A stretch of DNA of 32,000 nucleotides from Halogeometricum borinquense DSM 11551 (GCF_000172995.2 NC_014735.1:300001-332000), one strand, 5' to 3'. Positions 16,722 to 25,998 are shown, counted from the stretch's first letter. Numbers and translations: made by a program. Notes: a model not told the origin generated them from the sequence alone.

Positions 16722-18727
16722 TCGCCGTCACCTCCGGCCGTCATGACGAGCGTTCCATCCGCCCGAACCGTCCCCGTCCACGTCGGCGGAACGACGACAG
16801 TACTCTCGTTTTGCTCTAAGATGACCGGACCTTCGACCGTCGCGCCTTCTCCAAGTCCCTCTCGTTCGTATACGGGCGTCTCGTGGAACTCACCGTCGAA
16901 GAACGCCGATCTGGTGTCTTTCTGCGCCTCGCCAGTGCCGCGATAGGTGACCCCGAGTTCGCCTCGTTCGACGACAGCGGTCGAACGCACGTTGACGAGT
17001 TCGACCGGATCGGAGAGCCGATAGCCGTACGCGTTCTCGTGTGCTTCGTGGAACCGCCCCTCGACGACATCGGCGTCGAACGTCTCGTCCACCGGGACGG
17101 TGAGTTCGAAGCTTTGCCCATCGTACCGCAGGTCGGCGGCGCGTTGCACCGTCGCGGCGTCCGTTCGCTGAACGTCCGCAAGCACGTCGGATTCGAGTTC
17201 GTCGTACGCGGCTTCGACGGACTCGACGCTGGTTTCGGCCAGCGGGCTTCGGAGTGTCCGCACCGAGTCGTGTTTCTGGTCGGCCGCGAGCAGCCCGTAC
17301 GCCGAGAGGACGCCGCAGGCTCTCGGGACGACGACGGTTCCAACGTCGAGACTTTCCGCCAGCGCGGCCGCGTGCATCGGACCGGCACCGCCGAAAGCGA
17401 CGAGGCCGAACTCCCGTGGGTCGTGGCCGCGCTCGACCGTCACGGCCCGAATCGCGCGCGTCATGTTGGCGTTGGCGACGCGGTAGACACCGCGAGCAGC
17501 AGCCAGTGCGCCATCGAGTCCCGCTTCGTCTGCGAGATTCGCAAGCGCGTCGTGTGCGGCGTCAACGTCTAAGGAGAGTTCGCCGCCGAGAGCGGAACTA
17601 CCGCCGATATAGCCGAGAACGACGTTCGCGTCCGTCACCGTTGGCTCGGTGCCGCCGCGTCCGTAGCAGGCCGGTCCGGGGTTCGCACCCGAGGAGCGCG
17701 GACCCACGCGGAGTGCGTTACCAGCGTCAACCCACGCAATGGATCCGCCGCCTGCACCGACGGTGTTCACGTCCACCATCGGCGTCTTGATCGGTCGCTC
17801 GTTGATTTCGGCGTCTGTCGTCCGCTCGACTTCGCCGTCTCTGACGAGACTCACGTCGCTGGACGTGCCACCCATGTCGAAGGTGACGAGGCCGTCCAAG
17901 TCGTCGCTCGTCGCCGTTTCAGCCGCTCCAACGACACCGGCCGCTGGACCGGACATCGTCGTCGTCACGGCGTGTTCGCGCACCGTCGAAGCCGGTGCGA
18001 TGCCGCCGTTCGCTTGCATGATCTGGGGCACGGGCACATCCATCTCCGCCGCCCGCTCTTCGAGGCGGCCAAGGTAAGCGTCGATAGCCGGTGTGACGTA
18101 GGCGTCAACGACCGTTGTCGAGGTTCGCTCGTATTCGCGGAACTCCGCGAGGACTTCGTGCGAAGCGGAGACTGGTACGTCGAGTTCTTCGCGGAGGACA
18201 TCCGCGACGATCTGTTCGTTTTCGGGATGTTGGTAGGCGTGGAGCAGGGAGACGGCGACGCTCTCGGCGTCGCTCGCACGGATGTTTTCGGCGATGCTCC
18301 GTACCTCGCTTTCGTCTACTGTCGTCTCGACCCCGTCGATAGTCGCCCGTTCGGTCACCTCGAAGCGGCGACGTCGTGGGACGAGCGGTGCGGGTTTGTC
18401 CGCGGTCACGTCGTACAGATCAGGCCGGGCCTGTCGGCCGATTTCGAGAACGTCTCTGAACCCCTCTGTGGTGACGAGTGCTGTTTTCGCGCCGTTCTCT
18501 TCGAGGAGGGCGTTGACTGAGACGGTCATCGCGTGCGTGAACGCGTCTACGTCGCTCGGATCGATTTCGGCTTCGTCGCAGGCCTTCTCGAACCCGCGGA
18601 CGACGCCGACACTTTGGTCGTCCGTACTCGGAACCTTCGCGGTTACGAGTTCGTTCTCGGGAGTCAGAAGCGCCACGTCGGTGAACGTGCCACCGACGTC
18701 AACGCCGATTCGCGTTTCGCGGGACAT
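16718..18727 (-). CDS. hyuA: Hydantoinase A / oxoprolinase family protein
   Basis: 669-aa ORF. IGVDVGGTFTDV at the N-terminus and FDMGGTSSDV match the ASKHA-type Hydantoinase_A signature. It starts immediately after the stop of the upstream permease gene. Confidence 0.9.
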   Translation of the reverse strand: MSRETRIGVDVGGTFTDVALLTPENELVTAKVPSTDDQSVGVVRGFEKACDEAEIDPSDVDAFTHAMTVSVNALLEENGAKTALVTTEGFRDVLEIGRQARPDLYDVTADKPAPLVPRRRRFEVTERATIDGVETTVDESEVRSIAENIRASDAESVAVSLLHAYQHPENEQIVADVLREELDVPVSASHEVLAEFREYERTSTTVVDAYVTPAIDAYLGRLEERAAEMDVPVPQIMQANGGIAPASTVREHAVTTTMSGPAAGVVGAAETATSDDLDGLVTFDMGGTSSDVSLVRDGEVERTTDAEINERPIKTPMVDVNTVGAGGGSIAWVDAGNALRVGPRSSGANPGPACYGRGGTEPTVTDANVVLGYIGGSSALGGELSLDVDAAHDALANLADEAGLDGALAAARGVYRVANANMTRAIRAVTVERGHDPREFGLVAFGGAGPMHAAALAESLDVGTVVVPRACGVLSAYGLLAADQKHDSVRTLRSPLAETSVESVEAAYDELESDVLADVQRTDAATVQRAADLRYDGQSFELTVPVDETFDADVVEGRFHEAHENAYGYRLSDPVELVNVRSTAVVERGELGVTYRGTGEAQKDTRSAFFDGEFHETPVYEREGLGEGATVEGPVILEQNESTVVVPPTWTGTVRADGTLVMTAGGDGE

Positions 18728-19957
18728 TCAGAACACCCCCAAATCGGCCGCGACGGTATAGAGGGTTCGGAGTCCCAGCCAGACGACGATGATCGTTACG
18801 ACACCACCGACGACGTTCTGTACCGTGTTGTTGACGTACGAGCCGAGGATATCACGGTCGTTCATAACGTAGATGAGGAAGATTGCGACGATAGGAAGGA
18901 GGATGCCGTTAGCGACCTGCGCGAAGACGATGGCTTGCACAGGGCTGTACCCAAGCGCGGAGAAGACAATGCCGGTGAGCAGGATGGTTCCCCAGACCGC
19001 GCGGAACTTCGTAGATTGCAGGTCGGTATCCCAGCCGAGGGCACCGGCCGTCGCGTAGGCCCCCGCGAGCGGTGCCGTCGTTGCACTGGTGAACCCTGCG
19101 GCGAACAGTCCGATACCGAACAACACCTTCGCGTGGGTGCCGACGAGCGGTTCGATCTGTTCTGCCATCGTACTCACGTTCTGTATCTCAGTTCCGACCG
19201 GGAACGCCGCCGCAGCGGTGACGAGGATAGCGATGGTGATGAGACCGCCAACGACGATAGAGAGGACAGTGTCGGCGCGAGATTCGTTCAGTTCGTCGGG
19301 ACCGGCCCACCGCTCTTGGACGCTCCCGGCGTGCAAAAAGAGGTTGTAGCCGACCACAGTCGTTCCGACGAGACCGGTGATGAGGAACTCCGAACCCTGC
19401 GGGACGCTCGGGACGAACCCCATCGCCAACGCGCCGAGGTCGGGACCGATGATGATGGCGTCCACGAGGAACGAAAGCGCCATGAGTGAGACGAGGCCGA
19501 CGAGTGCCTTCTCGATGAGTTTGTACTTGCCAGACCACAGTAGCGCCCCCGCGATGAGGCCCATAACTGGCCCCCAAATGTTGGCACTAATGCCAGTCAG
19601 TCCTTCCAAGCCGGCCGCTCCGCCGAGAATGTTCCCCGTCTCGTAGGCGGCAGTCCCGATACCGATTGCACTCACCACGAGCGCGATACTGAACGCCGAT
19701 GCTACTTCGTTGTCGAATTGGCTTCGAAGCGCCTCGCCGAGGCCTTCGCGCGATACGAGCCCCAACCGAGCGCTCATCTCTTGAAGGACGATAGTAGCGA
19801 TGATCGAGAAGGCAATCGTCCAGATTAGTGCGTAGCCGAACTGTGCACCCGTTACACTCGCCGTCGTAACTGTTCCGGGGCCGATGAACGCTGCGGCGAC
19901 CATCGCACCAGGCCCGATTGATTTCAGTCGTTCCACGATGTTCATGATTCTGCCCAT
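18728..19957 (-). CDS. Nramp-related membrane transporter, non-canonical substrate site
   Basis: 409-aa polytopic ORF. It aligns by eye to MntH TM1 (IGPGAMVAAAFIGPGTVTTAS against [20 protein letters not shown]) and TM6 (GLVGTTVVGYNLFLHAG against GVLGATIMPHVIYLHSS). An alternative ATG is at 19945. Confidence 0.8.
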   Translation of the reverse strand: MGRIMNIVERLKSIGPGAMVAAAFIGPGTVTTASVTGAQFGYALIWTIAFSIIATIVLQEMSARLGLVSREGLGEALRSQFDNEVASAFSIALVVSAIGIGTAAYETGNILGGAAGLEGLTGISANIWGPVMGLIAGALLWSGKYKLIEKALVGLVSLMALSFLVDAIIIGPDLGALAMGFVPSVPQGSEFLITGLVGTTVVGYNLFLHAGSVQERWAGPDELNESRADTVLSIVVGGLITIAILVTAAAAFPVGTEIQNVSTMAEQIEPLVGTHAKVLFGIGLFAAGFTSATTAPLAGAYATAGALGWDTDLQSTKFRAVWGTILLTGIVFSALGYSPVQAIVFAQVANGILLPIVAIFLIYVMNDRDILGSYVNNTVQNVVGGVVTIIVVWLGLRTLYTVAADLGVF

Positions 19958-19984
19958 GAGTTGGCATGACGTACCGAATTACTC

Positions 19985-19992
19985 TATATAAA
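19985..19992 (-). promoter_or_regulatory. TATA box TTTATATA (minus-strand reading) of the permease-hyuAB operon
   Basis: Centred about 31 nt upstream of the ATG at 19957. This is consistent with a leaderless or near-leaderless haloarchaeal transcript. Confidence 0.45.
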
Positions 19993-20040
19993 TCCCTGTT
20001 GAGAACGCTGTTTATAGGTGGTACAGCGTGTGTGACTGGA

Positions 20041-20090
20041 TATGTGTGAGTATGAACTAGTATGAATAGATACGAACAAGTACGAACTAA
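20041..20090. repeat. Five tandem 10-bp-phased repeats TA(T/C)G(A/T)...
   Basis: Read directly from the sequence: TATGTGTGAG, TATGAACTAG, TATGAATAGA, TACGAACAAG, TACGAACTAA, starting at 20041, 20051, 20061, 20071 and 20081. Confidence 0.8.
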
Positions 20091-20104
20091 CGCTGGCGCC
20101 GCCA

Positions 20105-20650
20105 CTATCGGACTTCTGTGAACAGTACTTTCGAGACTCCTTCTTCGGTCTCGATATCGAACGGGAGTTGTTCGGTACTCAGTTCGATGAACCGTCCCAT
20201 GAACCACTTAATCGATTCTGTGGGGAAGACGACGTGGTACGTTCGACCCTCAGATGCGCGAACGGTGAGAAAACCACAGAACGAGAGCCAATCTAAGAGC
20301 TCACCGAGTGAGTCGAACCGGTCGGCGTACTCGTGAGCGTGGAACGACGCGACGCGGTCTGCGGCTTCCACGAACTCAGGATCCGGATCACCCTCCGCGT
20401 TTTCGACGTAGTCGAGAAAGCAGTGCAGGAAATCGACGTCGAGGAGGACGTGTTCACCGCTTGAGAGCATCTGATGGTACGCTTCGAGGTTCGGCCCGGC
20501 TTCCGTCGCCGCCGCCTCGAAATTCGCCGCGTAGAATACCAACGCCTCCCGGACGAGTTCGCTTTGTGCTTTGTCTGTCCGGTTCGAGAGGCTGTCGAGT
20601 GCGCCTTGGGCGTCGTCATCGAGTGAGACCGTGATGCGATTCGTGACCAT
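20105..20650 (-). CDS. CopG/ribbon-helix-helix family transcriptional regulator with C-terminal extension
   Basis: ORF 20105..20659, which begins with a TTG; the ATG at 20650 gives MVTNRITVSLDDDAQGALDSLSNRTDKAQSELVREALVFY, a classic RHH strand-helix-helix. Total length is about 181 aa. Confidence 0.75.
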   Translation of the reverse strand: MVTNRITVSLDDDAQGALDSLSNRTDKAQSELVREALVFYAANFEAAATEAGPNLEAYHQMLSSGEHVLLDVDFLHCFLDYVENAEGDPDPEFVEAADRVASFHAHEYADRFDSLGELLDWLSFCGFLTVRASEGRTYHVVFPTESIKWFMGRFIELSTEQLPFDIETEEGVSKVLFTEVR

Positions 20651-20779
20651 GTGTGTCAAACGGACGGTGGGGGCCTTATGGGTTTGTTACCGCGGTTCGC
20701 TCTGCCCGTCGGCAGGTTGCTAATCGTAGTTGGAGGTGATCTGTGGAAGATCATATATAGAAATGTTATTCGTATGATG

Positions 20780-20805
20780 TGTAAATATTCCCTGGCGTAT
20801 TTACA
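20780..20805. repeat. 8-bp inverted repeat TGTAAATA-N10-TATTTACA
   Basis: Read directly in the AT-rich divergent spacer between the RHH gene and the wHTH-zinc-ribbon gene. Confidence 0.7.
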
Positions 20806-20938
20806 TAAATTAATAGGTGGATTCCTTCGCCCGCTCAGTACTTCGTAATTACCGGGAAGCGAATGATGTGTACTGATAATCGAAACGCTCTGTGCCGACG
20901 AAATACTAATGGCACATAAGTTGACATTTTGTTTTGTG

Positions 20939-21808
20939 ATGAGTCCCCGCGTTCCCGCCGCTGAACTTGACTCCGTTTTTGGTCTCTTAGCAAACGAGTT
21001 GCGGATAGAGATTCTTCGAACGCTCTGGGCACAGCACCCCGAGTCACTTTCATTCTCCGACCTCCGGTCGAGTGTTGACATTCGTGACTCAGGGAAATTC
21101 AATTACCACTTGGACGTACTCGTCCCGAAGTTCGTCCGGAAATCCGACGGTGAGTACCTGCTCACGCACGCTGGTCGGCAAGTGATCGGAGCCGCCGTCT
21201 CGAGAACGCTCACCGATGCAGACGACGTGACTGTCGAAGATGTTCCCGCCGGCGAATGTATGTTCTGCAGTGGCAGCTTGATGGCCCGCTACGAAAACGG
21301 CGTTGCGACTGTCGATTGTGCGGCGTGCGATGATCTCATCACTCGGATGCCGATTCCGCCGAACACCGTCGCTAACATCGATGCCGAGGCTCTCCCGGAG
21401 GTGTTCAGCAAACACCTCCTAACGGTTACCCACCAACTCAGCCGCGGCTTCTGCAAGCTCTGTTACGGGCAGGTAGATGCATCGCTCACGGTGTTTTCCT
21501 CGGTGGAATCAGTTACGCACTGTTCGCCGCTCGATGTCCAGTTCGAGTGTCGAGAGTGTGGCGACCAGACGCACCTGAACGCTGGTGGTGTTGTCATGGA
21601 CCATCCCGCGGTGACGTCGTTGCTGTTCGATGCCGGAATCGATTTGCGACGGGTCTATATTTGGGAGCTTACGTCGCTTCTCGATCCCGAGGTGACAACC
21701 GTGTCCGAGGATCCGCTTCAGCTACATCTCACGATACACCTCAATGGCGAAACGCTCGACCTAACGCTGGACGACACTGCGACCGTGATCGCTTACGACC
21801 GCCGATAG
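20939..21808 (+). CDS. wHTH (ArsR-like) regulator with C-terminal double Cys4 zinc-ribbon region
   Basis: ORF 20909..21808 with likely start at the ATG at 20939 (MSPRVPAAELDSVFGLLANELRIEILRTLW). Followed by FSDLRSSVDIRDSGKFNYHLDVLVPKFVRK. There are two pairs of cysteine knuckles: CMFCSG...CAACDD and CKLCYG...CRECGD. Confidence 0.75.
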   Translation: MSPRVPAAELDSVFGLLANELRIEILRTLWAQHPESLSFSDLRSSVDIRDSGKFNYHLDVLVPKFVRKSDGEYLLTHAGRQVIGAAVSRTLTDADDVTVEDVPAGECMFCSGSLMARYENGVATVDCAACDDLITRMPIPPNTVANIDAEALPEVFSKHLLTVTHQLSRGFCKLCYGQVDASLTVFSSVESVTHCSPLDVQFECRECGDQTHLNAGGVVMDHPAVTSLLFDAGIDLRRVYIWELTSLLDPEVTTVSEDPLQLHLTIHLNGETLDLTLDDTATVIAYDRR

Positions 21809-22505
21809 AGCAGTACGCGAACTGACTGCTTCCGGTGACCTGTTCTGTCCTTCGACGAGAAAATCATCTTGAGTGGTGGTGCAACTGATATGGATCGGCT
21901 GTAGGGAAATGAGCAAATTCATCATTGAAAGTCGTTATTGAGTATCGAATCTAGGAGATCTACTGTCAGTGCTTGGGGGGTTTCTGCCTTCTATTCTTTT
22001 CAACCCATATTTGATGTCTATAGATGGAAATATTCATCTATTTTGGAGATAATTTGCCGTTTTCTACTTTAATATTGGTTATATTATACTAGGCTCCTCG
22101 AATACATCTTCTAAACCTAGATATTGGTGATGGTGATGCTATTCTAAAACTAAAGAAACCAGAATACTGTGTAGCGATGACGCCCCACGAACTCATTGAA
22201 CAATATGAGGATCATTAATTAATGAAACTTAGACAATGATTACAGTCATACACTTGTAAGGTACAAACAACGCCGTGTCTTTCTATTGGACCGTTATAGA
22301 ACACATTATTCATTATCTTCTCGTGGGCGGAATTCACCGACTGACGAATCGATATCGGGTAGTGTCGCCTACGACGTTCGATTCACCGTTTCTGCTGAGG
22401 CTATCACGAACAATCGGCCGCAGTGACCCACTAACTCGACAGTAGCGTCTCCCTTGAGATCGACATCCGCCTCGAAACTAAATATATGGGTGAGTATGAC
22501 ATGGT

Positions 22506-23225
22506 ATGGCGACCGACCCGTTTGAGTTGATCGCACGCCTTCTCGGTATCGATGCCGACAAGCTGCGCCGGTTGGCGGCCGAAAACGACCAAAAACTGGA
22601 TTTAGATGCGTTATCCAATCACCTCGACATTGATCCCACGCGACTGTCTGACTTACAGGAACTATCGGACGGAGACGATGTCGAATGGGATGTTGCCTTC
22701 GATATCGATGTGAGCCAGATAGACCGCGAGGCGGAATCGCCGCGACAATCACGTCGCGGAGTCGGCATTCGACCAACTCGCCGCCGGTCGGGAACGAATC
22801 GCTCTCGAAGCCGACAGCAGAAGTCGGAGCGCTGGACGTGCCCGACCTGCGAGCGGAAATTCCTCTCCCATCAAGCGCTCCAGCGCCACTACGGTACTAA
22901 TCCGGAACATCCTCAGCGGATCCTTGACGTGCCTGATAGTGAACTAGACCAGGATGAGAGGGGCTGGATTGGCACTCAGTGGATCGAGTTCGATGACCGA
23001 GTTGAGACCTTCCTCACGCTTCCCGATAAAATCGAAGCGGACGATATTGAAGTGACGCACTCTCCATCCGACGAATGTGTCGAAATCAGCGGTGAATACG
23101 AGGAAACCATCGATACGAACAGTATCACGGACCTACTCTCGGACACCCTTGAATGGCGGATGTCGGGGCGTGATCTCATACTGTCGTTCCCGATACAAGA
23201 TCCAACATCGGATGAAGATGCATAA
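22506..23225 (+). CDS. Hypothetical protein: acidic N-region, Arg-rich linker, C2H2-like zinc finger, C-terminal Hsp20/alpha-crystallin-like segment
   Basis: 239-aa ORF. The finger is WTCPTCERKFLSHQALQRHYGTNPEH. The C-terminal part (VETFLTLPDKIEADDIEVTHSPSDECVEISGEY ... LEWRMSGRDLILSFPIQ) has the ACD-like strand pattern, judged by eye. Confidence 0.55.
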   Translation: MATDPFELIARLLGIDADKLRRLAAENDQKLDLDALSNHLDIDPTRLSDLQELSDGDDVEWDVAFDIDVSQIDREAESPRQSRRGVGIRPTRRRSGTNRSRSRQQKSERWTCPTCERKFLSHQALQRHYGTNPEHPQRILDVPDSELDQDERGWIGTQWIEFDDRVETFLTLPDKIEADDIEVTHSPSDECVEISGEYEETIDTNSITDLLSDTLEWRMSGRDLILSFPIQDPTSDEDA

Positions 23226-23434
23226 CTGTAACACGATGAGTCGTTCACAACTCGACGCATAGTCCAGAGACCGTCTGTTTCGTACTATTTCCCGTATCGA
23301 AAGATCTACTGAGATATATTGATTTGTGTTAACATTCAACAAGCTCTATTAGCATAGGTAATAAATATGAGGTCACGTCTTGGGCTGCTGTGAGCGAGAA
23401 CAGGCTACTGAGACGTTAATCAAGGGGACAAACG

Positions 23435-24826
23435 ATGTCATCAACAGGACCAGATATTGACGAACCGGCTATCGAACAACTTCAGGACGGGCTTCGAGGA
23501 CAACTGATCCTGCCAGAAAATCCCGGGTACGACGATGCGAGGGCGATCTATAATGCGATGATCGATAAACATCCGCGGCTCATCGCCCAGTGTGCCACTG
23601 TCGCGGATGTGATCGCGGCTGTGAACTTCGGTCGTGAGCACGACCTTGCGACGGCGGTCCGCGGAGGCGGACACAACGGCCCCGGTCTGGCGTTGGTGGA
23701 TAGCGGCCTCGTTATCGACCTCTCCGAGATGACGGGGATTCGGGTCGATCCCAGCGCGAAGACCGTGCGCGCTGAACCCGGATGCACGTGGGGCGATGTT
23801 GATCACGCGACCCACGCGTTCGGCTTGGCGACACCCAGTGGAATCATCTCTACAACCGGTATTGGTGGACTAACTCTGGGTGGCGGTCACGGATATCTAA
23901 CCCGTAAACACGGCTTGACGATTGACAATCTAGTGAGCGCAGATGTCGTGTTAGCGGACGGACGGTTAGTCCATGCGAGTGAGAACGAGCATCCAGATCT
24001 GTTCTGGGCGCTCCGGGGCGGCGGCGGCAACTTCGGCGTGGTCACTTCGTTTGAGTATCAGTTACATCCGGTGGAGACAGTAGTTGCGGGACCGCTGCTC
24101 TGGCCACTCTCGGAACTTGAATCTACGATGCGGTGGTACCGTGAGTGGTTACCCCAAGCACCTGAGGACGTGTACGCGTTCTATCTCGTCGCTGAGGTCC
24201 CGGGTGAACCATTCCCCGAGGAGATTCACGGGGAGAACGTGTGCGGGCTCATGTGGTGTTATCTCGGCTCAGAGGACGAAGCCGAGACCGTGATCCAGTC
24301 GGCCCGCGATGTTGCCGAACCACTGTTCGAGCATATCGGGGCGATGCCGTATCCAGCACTCCAAAGCCTGTTCGACGATCTCTATCCCCCGGGTGATCAG
24401 TGGTATTGGAAGGGTGACTTCGTGTACGAACTGACCGACGACGCTATCAACGAACATCGGCGTTTCGCCGACGTCCCGACCGCGAAATCGACGATGCATC
24501 TGTATCCCGTCGATGGGGCTGTCAGTCGTGTTGACGCGGATGAGACCGCGTGGGGCTATCGTGACGCGACCTGGTCGATGGTCATCGCGGGCGTCGATCC
24601 GGACCCGACCAATGCTGAGGCAATCTCCGAGTGGGCCAAAGACTACTGGCGGGCGGTGCATCCACACGCAGCGGATGGCTCGTACGTCAACTTCATGATG
24701 GAAGAAGGTGAGAGCCGAGTCCAGGCCGCTTACCGTGACAACTACGAGCGATTACAACAGGTGAAGGCGAAGTACGACCCAGATAACTTCTTCCATATCA
24801 ATCAGAATATCGAGCCAGCGGGCTAA
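23435..24826 (+). CDS. FAD-linked oxidoreductase (PCMH-type FAD_binding_4 domain + BBE-like C-terminus)
   Basis: 463-aa ORF. Motifs are AVRGGGHNGPG and LRGGGGNFGVVTSFEY in the FAD domain. The C-terminal YVNFMMEE...YERLQQVKAKYDPDNFFHINQNI is the berberine-bridge-like signature. Confidence 0.9.
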   Translation: MSSTGPDIDEPAIEQLQDGLRGQLILPENPGYDDARAIYNAMIDKHPRLIAQCATVADVIAAVNFGREHDLATAVRGGGHNGPGLALVDSGLVIDLSEMTGIRVDPSAKTVRAEPGCTWGDVDHATHAFGLATPSGIISTTGIGGLTLGGGHGYLTRKHGLTIDNLVSADVVLADGRLVHASENEHPDLFWALRGGGGNFGVVTSFEYQLHPVETVVAGPLLWPLSELESTMRWYREWLPQAPEDVYAFYLVAEVPGEPFPEEIHGENVCGLMWCYLGSEDEAETVIQSARDVAEPLFEHIGAMPYPALQSLFDDLYPPGDQWYWKGDFVYELTDDAINEHRRFADVPTAKSTMHLYPVDGAVSRVDADETAWGYRDATWSMVIAGVDPDPTNAEAISEWAKDYWRAVHPHAADGSYVNFMMEEGESRVQAAYRDNYERLQQVKAKYDPDNFFHINQNIEPAG

Positions 24827-24844
24827 CTATCGGTGGCGCACTAT

Positions 24845-25123
24845 CTAGCGCTTAGCGGTTTCCGTTTCCGTTTCGACCCTCTCATTTGATGTGCCGGACC
24901 GCTCACCGGGAGTCGCACGCTGTCGGTGGGTCGTATCCCACTCTTCGAACAGACCATACTCTGTCATCGTCGTCATGCCAGCGATAGCTGCTCGAAGGCT
25001 GATCCCGATGAGGGGAATATCCGCTACAGTGACGATTACGTCCGCTTGAAGGACTGCGCCGTCGCGTAACAGTACGTCCACGAACTCCACAATAGCGTGC
25101 GTGTCGTCTTTTGTTGGTTCCAT
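24845..25123 (-). CDS. gvpM: Gas vesicle protein GvpM
   Basis: ORF 24845..25168 with ATG at 25123 (MEPTKDDTHAIVEFVDVLLRDGAVLQADVIVTVADIPLIGISLRAAIAGMTTMTEYGL). It has the GvpA/J/M hydrophobic core and is the last gene of the gvpD-M series. Confidence 0.9.
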   Translation of the reverse strand: MEPTKDDTHAIVEFVDVLLRDGAVLQADVIVTVADIPLIGISLRAAIAGMTTMTEYGLFEEWDTTHRQRATPGERSGTSNERVETETETAKR

Positions 25124-25131
25124 AGTCGCGC

Positions 25132-25998
25132 TCACCCGAGGTCCGGTGCGAATGTGTACGGAGGCCACGGACCTGTGAATTTGATACTCACTCCTTCTTG
25201 TTCGGCAGGGCCGTCCAACCGATTCCCGAGTTCGGTTTCATCCGCTTCGTCTGCGAGGACCGCTACCCGCGCGACTGGCTCCCCATCGATTGCTGTGGTG
25301 TCGTCCGTAAGCGGCGAGGACGGGTCTTGTTCGATCATCTCGGTCACGACGGGGGAAATCGACTCTCGTAGTGTCGCCGTCAGATCGGACCGACGCTGCT
25401 GTTTCAGTTCACGAAGCCGTTTATCGTACTGTTTTTCGAGGAGAAACGACGTTCCGGAACCTGCTTGCTTTCGTCGTCGTTGTAAGTCCTGTAGCTGGTC
25501 GTCCTGATCTGCAATCTCGGCTTCGAACGCTGATGAATCCCAGTGGAGGCGAATACGATATTCCCACGTGCCAGCGAACGACGTCAGCGCCTCCCGAATC
25601 GTGTCGTGATTTTCGTGTACCCACTGGGAGATACTCGCGTCCCCTCCCTCGATGATGGTATTGAATCGCATCGGTAGCGGTGTACCGAACACCTCACCCG
25701 CGGCATCGACGACGTGTTGGTGTCTGAGTACCCACTGTGTCACCTGTTCTGGGCTTTCCGTGTCGTAGACTGCTTCACAGTCGTGGACAGCGGCTCCGAC
25801 ACTCTCGGTCTCGATGACGTATACGGAGCTCTCACCGACACCGAGAACCGACAGGTCATTCGAGTCCGCACTTTCGGTGTCCACGAAACAGTACAGATAC
25901 CGACCGTCGGTGACTGCCTGTTCACCACTCGATCCGGTGGACTGTTCTGTGGCATCTGCTGACTGCTCTGCGGCTGAAGTCGGAGACGGTTCAGTCAT
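25132..25998 (-). CDS. gvpL: Gas vesicle protein GvpL (GvpF/L family)
   Basis: ORF 25132..26118 with ATG at 25998 ([12 protein letters not shown]...). GRYLYCFVD...[16 protein letters not shown]...VLRHQHVVD match the GvpF/L pattern. It overlaps the end of gvpK by 8 nt. Confidence 0.85.
   Translation of the reverse strand: MTEPSPTSAAEQSADATEQSTGSSGEQAVTDGRYLYCFVDTESADSNDLSVLGVGESSVYVIETESVGAAVHDCEAVYDTESPEQVTQWVLRHQHVVDAAGEVFGTPLPMRFNTIIEGGDASISQWVHENHDTIREALTSFAGTWEYRIRLHWDSSAFEAEIADQDDQLQDLQRRRKQAGSGTSFLLEKQYDKRLRELKQQRRSDLTATLRESISPVVTEMIEQDPSSPLTDDTTAIDGEPVARVAVLADEADETELGNRLDGPAEQEGVSIKFTGPWPPYTFAPDLG

Noticed and set aside
22369-22776. 135-aa minus-strand ORF overlapping the 5' part of the 22506..23225 gene.
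   Set aside because: Its translation is Arg/His/Cys-rich and non-acidic, and it lies opposite a plus-strand ORF with a clear zinc-finger motif.
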